DNA from: Lepidodermella squamata
Taxonomy: Eukaryota; Animalia; Gastrotricha
DNA: 64,000 nt
Assembly (NCBI GenBank): GCA_047495785.1
Contig: JBLDXI010000034.1
Coordinates: forward strand, 434,001 to 498,000
Direction of reading: 5' to 3'
Part shown: piece by piece, positions 13,301 to 24,274 of the stretch
How positions within the stretch are numbered: position 1 is the stretch's first letter
How the letters are laid out: every line of letters begins with the position of its first letter
The notes under the pieces: model-generated
The model's input: the letters and a program-made list of their open reading frames with translations, nothing else
Told to the model about the DNA's origin: nothing
The model's database searches: none
Program-made: the position numbers and the translations under genes

Positions 13301-13449
13301 TTCTCCTTACGAAATTCCAAGCAAACATCGACGCCGTAGATCGCCGTAATAAGACAGCCTTGCATTGGGCCACGAACTGCGATGAAAGTGTTTCTGCTGA
13401 TGACAAGCGCAAGACTATCGAAATACTCGAGCGGCCAAAATTAAACTAG
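10302..13449 (+). CDS. Pseudokinase-ankyrin repeat protein, copy 2 (about 744 aa, 11 ANK repeats + cap)
   Basis: Exons 10302-10502, 11073-11133, 11193-11475, 11528-11663, 11719-11744, 11799-11958, 12028-12069, 12124-13449. Same kinase exon sizes and motifs as copy 1. Confidence 0.88.
10535..10929. mobile_element. MITE with 30-bp perfect TIRs and 8-bp TSD (P-element-like)
   Basis: TIR CATGAGACGTACTATAGGACGCCGCGGCTT. TSD TATTTTGG at 10527-10534 and 10930-10937. Absent from intron 1 of copy 1. Confidence 0.9.
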
Positions 13450-14654
13450 CTCGCAGTCAAGCATTTACCTAGACACAATGACCCAATAATTTATCGATAA
13501 ACAAAGGTGAAACTATATAAAAACTCTTGCGCTGGTAAATTGTTGTAGCCCAGTGCCAAACTCTATTCAAGAATATTTTGACTAAAACGTCCCTCAATAA
13601 AAACGAAGATTGAAGTATCATTTTCTTTCGCGTATTATCGAATTATAGATAGAGAAGCGTCTATCTCACTCATCGCATTAGTAATTCATTTTATTAGCTG
13701 AAGCAAGAACATTATCCGAGTGCCGAACAACAATGGCAAACTCGTAGCCATCGAAGGCGACAAAGCAGCAAGTTACTGCGACGAAAGCGGCTGCAACTAA
13801 TTCAAGAACCACTACCGGACGGGTTGAATTACTTGGACAATTGGCTTGCAATTATGTGAATTAGGTGGCAATGGTTTGGCAGGAATAAAAACTGTGTACT
13901 AAAATGGGATAGTTTGCTAGTGTTTCACCTAGGGAATAACAGGTAAACAATCATTGTGGAACCACTCGAAAGTCAAATTTCATGAACACGCTGATTGGTC
14001 AGCCGATCTTTGCTATGACTCCCGGAGGAAGCTTTCAGTCGTGCGATCCATGAGATTTTTTGCAACACGTGATTTCAGCCACAGTAATTTACTACGATTT
14101 AAATGGAGTTTACGCTCGTAGTCAATAGAAACCGTGCAGATGGTGTGGCAAGATCATTTTTTACATAAAAATAAAATAATTTCATCCGCATGGCAGAAAT
14201 GTAGCCATAGCGAAATTGACAGGGCAGACTTGGAATTCCGCGGCCTATCCGATGGCACGAAAAAATCGAAAATAAGAATTGCGCAACTTGATCTAAAATC
14301 GGTTTGTCGAAAACTGGGTCAAATCGACTTACCCGGCCAACCAGGTGTGCTGGTACAGCGGGAGTTGAGTCAACATGCTCATCAAGACCCAGCGGATCGT
14401 CTCGTGCTAAAAAATGGGCGGAAAATCATCAACTTTGAAAGAAATCGGGAATAAGGTGTATGCCCAAGCCGGGTGCATTTTTTAAAAGAATTCTTTCAAA
14501 ATTGAAGCAACAGGTAAATTAAAGGTTGGAAATTTCGGGAGGTCGACTGCTAGGGATTTTCGAAGCAGGAATGGGCGGTGTAAAAACATCACGTAAAAAC
14601 GTGTTAATACATGTAAAATCTAGCAACAGCTGGAAGATGTAAAAACCTGTAAAG

Positions 14655-14982
14655 CAGGAGTACTCAAAGTCTGCCCCGCGGGTCACTCGTGACCCGTTGC
14701 AACTTCTCGCGGGTCACGGGTCACCAGTGACCCGCAGAGAGTTTCAAGGTAAAGACGCGAAAATCAGCATATTTTAGGCTATTTTCAGCCAAAATTAAGG
14801 TAAAATACCGTTAGCTAAAGCTCGCTTCGCTCGCAGATGAAACTAAGCTCACCCTTGCTGGGTCTAATGTTAATTGTTTGAGCGATTTTTCCTAATTATC
14901 GGCTGATGAGAAAATAAGAAAAACAACATGTTTACGTGAGTTGAAGTTGTGACCCGCTGGTGGAAAAGTTTGAGTACCGCTG
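14655..14982. mobile_element. hAT-like MITE
   Basis: Ends CAGGAGTACTCAAA / TTTGAGTACCGCTG. 8-bp TSD CTGTAAAG on both sides. Confidence 0.8.
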
Positions 14983-15402
14983 CTGTAAAGACCTGCAAAA
15001 GCTACGTTATAGTAGCGGCAATTAAGTGAGTCAGTTTGACCTACTACGTTGACAGTTTTTGCCCAGCACTGTCTACCGGATTTATTATGCATTATTTATG
15101 CGCGTGTAGCAATTTTTAAAAAAGCTTTTTCGTCGTAGCCGATATGTATAGTATAGCAATAACGTGTCATTTTGACCCACATGGGTGACTGTTTTTGCCC
15201 AGCACTGTCTACCATGTTGGCGAATGAAAATCACGCGCGGTTAACCTTGTTATTGACAAAGAATTCGAGCGAAAACCGCAACATCTCAAGGGATAAAACT
15301 ATTTTTAATTGAATAGGTCAAATTTCGTAGACAGTTGATAGGTATATAAGTACGGGTTCCCCGCTTGAAAGCAACATTGTGCTGAATTTATTTTTCATAA
15401 AA

Positions 15403-16515
15403 ATGGCGCCTGTAAAGAAGATCATCTCTGTTGTAGGAGCAACTGGTCAACAAGTAAATCATCGACATTTGGTAGATTATTTTTTTAATTTGTTTAATTT
15501 ATTAAGGGTGGATCTGTTGTTCGAGCGATTTTAGAGGATCCTAATACCGAATTCAAGGCTCGAGCTTTAACCCGAGATGCCAACTCGGCGAAAGCCAAGG
15601 CCCTGGCTGAGCAAGGTGTCGAAGTCATTCAGGTTGATGCTAATGATGAGGACGCGTTGGCTGCGGCTATCAAAGGCTCGTATGGCTTGTTTTGCGTCTC
15701 GGTTGTCGATTCAATTAATCCCGATAAGGAAATTACCCAGATCAAGTCCATGGCCAACGCCGCAAGGCAATAGTCTATACTTACCGTCCCAAAAAATTAA
15801 ATATTAATTAATGAGTATTAAAATTTTTATAAATTAAAATTAAAATTAAAGAAATATTGGATAATTTACTTCCCTGTATTTTAGGAAAGCTGGAATCAAA
15901 CATGTCATCTGGTCCACCTTGGATGACCCTCGCAAATATGGACCACTCAGCGACGATCGATTTCCAACTTTGCACGGCAAGTACAAACTGCCACACAACG
16001 AGACTAAAGCTGGGTCTGACAAATTCTTCGATGGCCAGCCTGTTACGTTCATGGTAACCACAGGATTTTGGGACAATTACTACACCGGCTTGTTTGCACT
16101 GCATCGTGGCCAGGATGGAAAATTGGCGATCACAGTGCCGATGGGGCATGTCAAAACGCCCGGAATAGCTGTTGACGATATCGGCCGCTGTGCTTGTGGA
16201 ATTTTCAAAGACCCAACTTGGATTGGTAAACGCATTGCGATTGCTAGTGAAACAATGACGATTGGAGAGCAAGCTGAGAAGGTTGGAAAGGTTCTGGGCG
16301 AGGAGGTTGTGTACCAGCCTACGCCTATCGCAGTTTTCAGGAACTTTCCGTTTCCTGGCGCGGCTGAATTGGCGAACATGTTCCAGTTTTGCCAGGATTT
16401 CTCCGACCAATTGAATGCTAGCCGAGACTTCGAAGCTACGAAAAAGCTGAACCCGAAACTCATGAACTTTGATCAGTTTCTGGCGAAGTACGGCAAACTT
16501 ATCAAAGCTCCATGA
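15403..16515 (+). CDS. NmrA/HSCARG-family protein, copy C (313 aa)
   Basis: Exons 15403-15453, 15507-15766, 15885-16515. Second intron is GC-AG. Intact frame. Confidence 0.9.
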
Positions 16516-16856
16516 AGATCATTGGAACATCAGGAAATTGACTTTTTCTTTTGAAATTTTGAGGCATCAAGGATCGTGGGAATATCAGAAAAATATGATA
16601 CCTTTTTCACGCTTTGAACAATTGAACGCTTTGAAAGGCAGATCATAACTACTTAGGTTAAACTCGCCCAATGTTACTGTTGGTGGAAAATCTCCTTGAA
16701 TCTGTACTAAACGATAGCTTGAAAAATAAAATGTCGTCTTTATTCTGTGCATGGCGAATAAGGTTTAGCGAAGTCGGCGAAAAGATGACGAGGCCAAGCT
16801 GCCTCTAACAACAGCTCACCATTTCACAAATCAGTTCACAAATCAAGCTTATTATT

Positions 16857-17183
16857 TTTATCTCAGTGACATTTCCGCAGTGACATTTCAGCAGGGACAT
16901 TTCATCTGGAGAATTTTAGCCATATTCAGCAGGGGGACTACGCGCTACATTGAAGTTGAGCTCAAAGAGTACAAGTTCAATGCCCAAGATTAATAAATAT
17001 GCAAAGTCCCTGCTCAATAGTCACCGATATTCTGTCTCTGCTGAAATGTCACTGCTGACTTGTCTTCAAGTATTATTTTAATTAATACGAACATTTGAAT
17101 TTTACGAATTTTTTACTGAAAAATTGTCACTGATGATTTGAGCCTCATTTGCTGAAATATCACTGCTGAAAAGTCTGACCACG
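16857..17183. mobile_element. Truncated, inverted copy of the element at 31048-31606
   Basis: CAGCAGTGACA/TGTCACTGCTG sub-repeats. Terminus GAAAAGTCTGACCACG is the reverse complement of the 31048 end. Confidence 0.75.
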
Positions 17184-17886
17184 TCGTAAATTATTACAGC
17201 GTGTCCCAGAAGTTGCGCAACTATTATTTAATTAGACAAAACTTTTAGGAATTTCTTTTTTAAATTAAACCTACCGAGAGAATATTCCATCTTTTCTCCG
17301 CAATTTTACCGAAGAAATAAAAAATTTACCGGAGAAAACCCAGAAAAGTGGTTACGTAATTTTCGGTTTTTTACCCGGTTTGACCAAATTTCTCCGGACC
17401 TATTAATCACATTGACAAATGACATACTTGATATCTTGATTTTTCAAATCGATTTCTGGCCATGAGACGTGACTCTGTCTCTCTCACTTGATAGAGTTTC
17501 TGAACCCTTTTCCGTGTACTTTCTTCGCTTGCGTTACCTATGGGACATGATGTAATTTCTAGTGAAATCGATACTAGAAATCGATATAATGTCTCAAGTT
17601 TCCAGCGCTAATTTGCTGTCCTATTTTTCTAGGGCACGGAGCGATTTCAAGAGCAATATGAAGTGTGGTGGCAATTGTAAGCCATTTTGACCGACAAGGC
17701 TGACGATTTTTGTTCAGCACTGTCTACCATTATGACGGATGAGGATAACGCGTGTTAGTTCGGTTAAATAGCTGGTTCAAGGCTCATTTTTCAGGTCAAC
17801 ATTTATTAAACCTTGTAGGCAGTTGACATACAAGTACGAGTTCCCCGCTGTAACAACACATTTTGTGGAATTATTTATTTTTCAAA

Positions 17887-20555
17887 ATGCTACCTGAAAA
17901 TAAAATCATTTCCGTTGTAGGAGCAACTGGACAGCAGGTACGATATCGAAATGTTGAGATTATTCCTGAAATTCTCTCAATTTTTGAAGGGCGGTTCTGT
18001 TGTTCGAGCAATTTTGGAGGATCCTGCAACCGAATTCAAGGCTCGAGCTTTAACCCGCGATGCCAACTCGGCGAAAGCCAAGGCCTTGGCTGAGCAAGGT
18101 GTCGAAGTCGTTCAGGTCGATGCTAATGATGAAGACGCGTTGGCTGCGGCTATCAAAGGCTCGTATGGCTTGTATTGCGTCTCGGTTATCGACTGGCATG
18201 ACCCAGAAAAAGAAATTACCCAGATCAGGTCCATGGCCAACGCGGCAAGGCAAGTTATGAAAACATACTTTCCTTCTTGTCCTAAAAAATGAGAATTTAA
18301 GCTCAAACGCTTTGTCCACGTAAAATGGAAACATCTCATGACCAGAAAAATTTTAGAAAAATAAACAAAATCACGAAAGTATTTCACTTTTTAATGGGGT
18401 GAAAAAAATCCGGAGAAATTTTGTCCAACCTGGTAAAATACCGAACATTACCAAACCAGTTACCATCCGGGTTTTCCGGGATTTCACTTGTACATTTTTA
18501 TTTCTTCGGTTAAATCGCGGAGTAAAGATGGAATACGTTCTCGGTATGTTGAAGCTTTTTTATAAAATTAGCTTTTATTCCGAATTCCGGGCCTTCCGAA
18601 TTGCACAATCAAAGGGTAAAAATGGACGAAATTTTTTAAAATTTCAGGGCCGCCCGCGCTAATGTCAAAAGGGTATACAGGGTGGCCAAAAAATTCCGCA
18701 GAGCGGGAATTCGCTTCGCAACAATTTAATGAGGAGTTTTAAGAAGTTGGAGAATTTCAAGCATTTTTGCCAATGGAACTCCTCAATTTCTTGAAACTCC
18801 TCATTAAATTGATGCGAAGCGAATTCCCGCTCTGCGGAATTTTTTGGCCACCCTGTAGTTGAATTTCCTTATTCAAAAATTTAAATTTGAAAAATAAATA
18901 AAAAAAACTAAACAATTGTTGCGCAACTTCTGAGACACACTGTAACCTCCCTAAAATGAATTATCATCAAATTTTTAGAAATTAAAAACATCCCCACCTA
19001 ATTAATTTGGTAAAAAATACAGCTTTTCTCAGGAAAAAATTCAAATGATTTATTATTTTCCCTCAATTACCGTAACGTGTGGTGATTGTGGACACGGTAA
19101 CTTTGGACACTTTCGGCTTTGCAGGTGTTTAGCTTTTCAGGGTTGAACGTTTAAATCATGGGGGGTTTTGCATAAAATTCTCCGTCTCCTCAGCTTTCGT
19201 TTGAAATAAAAATCAAGACAATTGGAGCTGAAATCGGATTTCAGAAAAAGTTGCAAGCAGTTAGACTTTGGGTGCCGTTTTGGGACCCCCCTTCTATCTT
19301 TCTAAACAGTTTCAATAAAAATCGAACAGTTTTCAATAAAAATTGGCATGAGCATTCTCCTATATTTACTCTCCCTATAATCGAAGAAAAAATGACAATC
19401 CGTCGACGCGTTTTAGCAGGACATTCACCTGAAAAACAGGTGAAAATTGGGGTAATTTTGGACACTTCTGGACGGGTTAAGTATGCTGCTGCGCAGAAAC
19501 GTATTTTTATTGAACTTCCGAGAAACAGATGATGCGCCATCTGTTCATAATTTTTTTCGAAATCTGACCCAAGATTAAATGAAAAACCATGAATAACAGA
19601 TAATTCACTATGAAATTGCAATGAAATTGCATATGCAAATGAGTGTCCAAAACTACCCTCTAATTGTCCAAAGTTACCGGAACACATATTAATTAGCCAA
19701 AGGTCAGGTAAAATTCCAAAAATTTCTAGAATTTGCAATAAATTCAAGAATCACCGTCCCCACCTTTGGTAAAAATTTCAGAAATTTAGGAGCAAAGGCT
19801 GATTTTTAAGTTTCGAAAAACACGTTTTGTCCAAAGTTACCACTCGTTACGGTATAATTTAAAATTTTCGAGTACAAAAAATGATAAATTAAAAAAGAAT
19901 TCGCGATATTTCCTTGCATTTCAGGAAAGCTGGGATCAAGCATGTAATTTGGTCTACTCTGGATGACCCTCACAAATTTGGAACATTGAACGACGATCGG
20001 ATCCCAACTTTGCACGGCAAGTACAAAGTAGCCCATTGCGAGACAAAAGCTGGCTCCGACAAATTCTTCGACGGCCAGCCTGTCACCTTTATGGTAACCC
20101 CGGGATTTTGGGACAACTACTACACCGGCTTGTTTCCAATGCATCGTGGCCAGGATGGTAAACTGACGATCACCGTGCCGGTTGGGAATGTCCAAATTCC
20201 TGGCATGGCTGTCGACGATATCGGCCGCTGTGCTTACGGAATTTTCAAAGACCCAACTTGGATTGGCAAGCGAATTGCGATTGCAAGTGAGAAGAATTCT
20301 ATTAGCGAGCACGCTGAAATAATTGGCAAGGTTCTAGGTGAGGAAGTTTTATACCAGCCTTGGCCAATGGACGTGTTCCGGAACTCACCTTTCCCTGGCG
20401 CGGCTGATTTGGCGAACTTTTTCCAGTTTTGCCAGGATTTCACCGAAGAATTCAATGGTAGTCGCGACTTTGAAGCTACGAAAAAGCTGAACCCGAAACT
20501 CATGACCTTTGATCAGTTTGCGGCGAAATACGGCAAACTTATCAAAGCTCCTTGA
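17887..20555 (+). CDS. NmrA/HSCARG-family protein, copy D (313 aa)
   Basis: Exons 17887-17937, 17990-18249, 19925-20555. GC-AG intron 2 is expanded to about 1.7 kb by MITEs. Confidence 0.88.
18678..18855. mobile_element. Tc1/mariner-type foldback MITE
   Basis: TA-CAGGGTGGCCAAAAAATTCCGCAG...CTGCGGAATTTTTTGGCCACCCTG-TA. Confidence 0.9.
19070..19852. mobile_element. TA-flanked MITE with CCGTA termini (Tc1/mariner-pogo type)
   Basis: TA-CCGTAACGTGTGGT...ACCACTCGTTACGG-TA. Related to 59235-60049 and a relic near 29500-29800. Confidence 0.8.
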
Positions 20556-21080
20556 AGACCGTTGGAACATCGGGAAATTGACTTTTTCTGTTGGAATTTT
20601 CGGATAATTAGTTAGATCTTGAATTCGTTTAAATGCGAAATGTTACTGTCGGCAAAAAATTTGCTGAATTCTGAATTTCAGGATAACTTCAAGAAATAAA
20701 CTAATTTTTTCCGATATCAGCAATATTCGATATTTTCGAAGCCTGGTAGCTATAATGTTTTGAAACATAGGTTCAGGGGGCTTCAATGTTCATCAAGAAA
20801 GGATAAGGGCAAAATCCTCAAAAAACCTGGAAACCTTTGTACTCGAACCTCAATATTCATCAGACAAAATCCTAGCGTTCTCATTGATCATTTCTCACAA
20901 AAAACGCGTGTTCATAACCTTGAGTTGTACACGTGCCACTATTACTATTTTTCAAACCTTAAGTTTTGAGATTTTTTTCAAGAATGTTTCAACGCAAGTG
21001 TACTTTATCCTTACTTTTTTGAATAGGTAACAAGCTGGGAGTTTTGAAAAGCCGAGCGGTTATATTATCGCATTTCAAAG

Positions 21081-23900
21081 ATGGGAACAGCTGTTCTTGC
21101 TGTTTTCAGCGGTGAGCCAAATTTTTAATTAAAATTTTTTTTAAATTTTCATTTTAATTTTCTAAAAATTATAATGAAATTTCGGTTCTACGACTAAACC
21201 GCAGCGTCAATACAGATAGCGACAACTCCGCACGGACAGCACCGCAAAATGAATTTAAAATTAATTAATTAATAATTTTGGCAACGACAACTCAGCAAAA
21301 GTCAAATTCAATCGAATTCAATATTTTTATTCAATTAATTGAAATAATTGCTATCACGTCAACTCCGCAAATGACCATTTCAGATAACGAAAACTCCGCA
21401 AAATTAATTATTTAATTATCGAAAAGGAACCATTTCTAACCGTAAACCTAATGCTAACTCTGACCACCATCTTACTCTTACTATGAATCGCTGTATATTC
21501 ATCCAATCCTAGTAGCCTGGTGCGGAGTCGAAAGATTTATTAAGCAAGCAAAAATAAATAATTTGCGGGCTTGTCGTTGTCTGAAATAGTCATTTGCGGA
21601 GTTGACGGGAAAAAAATTATTTCAATTAATTGAATAAAAAATTTAAAATTGAATAAATTAGACGTTTGCGGAGTTGCCGTTAACAAAATAAGTAATTAAT
21701 TAGTTTTTAATTAATTTTGCGGAGTTTTCTGTGCGGAGTTGTCGCGACTGGAGTGTCAAGGGCGGCTTAGTCATAAGGCGGAAATTTCACCCTGCTCACT
21801 AATCTATTTTTTTTTATTTTCCAGGCAAATAATATGCCTAAATTATGTCTAAAATTCCTAAAATTTCTAGGCATACCTGAAATTTGAAAATTTTAATAAG
21901 AAAATTCAGATAATTTCAATTTTAATTTCAAAATAAAATTACAACCTTTAGCATCAATTCTAAAATTACCTATAATTAACGAGAAATTTCAATATTTTTT
22001 TCCTCAATTTTTGAATTTTATAAATATTTTAACAATTTTTTTGAAATTTTAATAGAATTTCAAAAGTGTAATTTTTTATATTTTATTTTCTCAGCTTTAT
22101 CGTTTCTGTCGCTAACTACTGCTTCCGGTCCCGATGGCATGTACATCGGCGTTATTACCGAAATGCCGAACCGCAATAACCCATACGCCTTCCGCGGCTT
22201 TTACACAGTCGCCCTGCCCGATAGTGGGTCACCCGTTTTCGCGAACCCGTTCACAGGCGGCCTGACGTGTGACCTCAATTTCGACGCCGCCTACACGCGC
22301 CAACCCGAGCACGGCTACTACGTCCAAAGCCTGTCGACCGACAGCGTGGCGAGTCTCAACTACCAATGCATATCCCCTACCTACAACCCAGCACCCGGTG
22401 AGGGGGTGAAAAATTTCGGCGGGCTGTATATGCGACGGTTCAGGGTTAATGAGGCGAAAACTGAGCAGCAATTAACGGCGAGTCCATGGAATCGGTGCAA
22501 AACCGGGTACACCCAGGTGAATTTCGAACTCAGGGGCGGTGTTGATTCGTCCGATTTCTCACGTCGGGACGATCAAATTTGGCTGATTGCCTGTTACATT
22601 AAGGTGACAAATGGCCAAATCGGCGGGTTCTTCTTGACCTCGTACTGGGATGGTGCGAATAACCGGTTAACAAGGTTCAACCCGACAACGGAGGACACGT
22701 CTTGCGGGTCGGGCTATCGACAGGCCCTTTTAACGACTGGGTTATCGTTTTACACCGGCAGGCAGTGCGGCGGAGATTCGTGCCCGGTTGCGATTCATTA
22801 TTGCTACCTGACCGATGCGGCACCCCTGGGCGCCCCTGGGTCAAAGGGTGCTAAGGGTGACATGGGTCCAGCCGGTGGTCTTGGAGTTACTGGTCCAAAG
22901 GGTGATCGCGGTTTTATTGGTTCGAAGGGTGACATGGGTGCTCCGGGTGCCACGGGGCCCGCCGGAGCACCCCAGGGGTCAAAGGGTGCAAAGGGTGATA
23001 AAGGTGATTTTTCCTAATTTCAACTTGAAATTGGTCATAAAATTCTTATTTCAGGTGACCGGCCTCAGGACGGCATCCCTGGCACCAACGGAACCAATGG
23101 GAACCCCGGTAGTCCAGGTTTCAAAGGTGAGCCGGGTAATACGGGCGGCAAGGGCGAACTCGGCTTGCCCGGATCACCCGGTCCTAAGGGTGACGCAGGT
23201 CCTAGAGGATCACTTGGTTTCAAGGGTGAAAAGGGTGAGCGTGCGTTTCAAGGTTCAAAGGGTGCTAAGGGTGATTCGGGTGCCAAGGGCCTCGACGGGG
23301 TGAAGGGTGATCCTGGCTACGACGGAATCGATGGTCTCAATGGGCTCCCGGGTCTGCCGGGTGCTATTGGCCCTGCTGGCAGGGGCCACAAGGGAGATTG
23401 TGGTAGGGACGGTATCGGCCTGCCAGGGCCCCCTGGGTTACCTGGTCGGCACGGAAGACACGGCCTTAAAGGTCAGAAAGGTGAACGAAACGGACCTAAA
23501 GGTGACAAAGGTAAATTCCTAAATTTTCCTATTATTTCCAGTGAAAATCTGATTTTTCTCACGGCTCCTAGGTGATTGTATGCAGGGCAATCCAGGTGAA
23601 CCAGGTAAAATTTCAATTTAATTTCAAAATTCAACAAATAAATTTTTTAAATTATTTTTCTGATTTTTAGGAATGAGAGGAAGACGCGGCAAAAGAGGAA
23701 GGCGTGGTTTTAAAGGCGAACCCGGCTTGACGATAGTCGGGCCACCTGGGCCCACTGGGCACCCTGGCCCTCCGTGCAAGGTCTCCGAGGAAACGCTGCG
23801 ATCTATGGTCGTCAAAATTCTAGACGATCTACTCGTCGAAGCTTCGAGTGAAGAGCAGGAAACTGGAGCGGAACTAGAAGATGATAAACTGTTCGCCTGA
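21081..23900 (+). CDS. Secreted short-chain collagen (about 552 aa) with an N-terminal MPEG1 P2-like cysteine-containing domain
   Basis: Exons 21081-21111, 22095-23003, 23055-23510, 23572-23604, 23671-23900. Signal peptide MGTAVLAVFSALSFLSLTTA; ~225-aa globular domain; interrupted Gly-X-Y; short C-terminal helix. Confidence 0.85.
21175..21789. mobile_element. Degenerate foldback element in collagen intron 1
   Basis: Imperfect inverted arms (TGAAATTTC...GACTAA.CCGC) with mirrored ACTCCGCAAA/TTTGCGGAGT sub-repeats. Confidence 0.65.
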
Positions 23901-24274
23901 TCTAGATCAAATCAATTCTTTCATTTTATTCGCAAATAAATGTACTTTATTTTTGGGAAATCGAAGCTTAAAATCCGAAAAATTTATTTACAATATTTTA
24001 AGCTTCGAATTTTTCGCCGACTTGACATCTTGAAAAATATTAATTTTTGAAATAAAATTATATATAATTATATAATAGCTTTTTTTATTTCACACGTGTT
24101 TTGCCGCTGGTCATCAGTACAACGGTTCAAGTCTCCCACAGCATTAAATATACGCACCCACGTTATAAGGCTTTTGTTCACAGCAAAAATACTACGACCA
24201 CAGGTGAATACTAAACAATTTTTCACTACAATGATTTTTTTATAATAGAACTTCAAAGGTCAGCTGAGGCGAAA

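Larger units (their letters stand above)
570..15090. repeat. Tandem segmental duplication of a [helical gene - NmrA - pseudokinase-ANK] block (unit 1 about 570-6710, unit 2 about 7430-15090)
   Basis: Collinear matches: 620-900 vs 7585-7870; 1490-1735 vs 9770-10130; 2340-2750 vs 10130-10530; 5990-6195 vs 13505-13675; 6225-6375 vs 14462-14615; 6636-6712 vs 15009-15088. Confidence 0.85.

Noticed and set aside
13697-13800. Fragment ending YCDESGCN, reminiscent of a three-finger/Ly6 C-terminus
   Set aside because: No upstream exons, signal peptide or further cysteines found.
8564-17798. AGGTCA half-sites upstream of NmrA copies B, C and D
   Set aside because: The promoters are recent duplicates, so sharing a hexamer is weak evidence of function.
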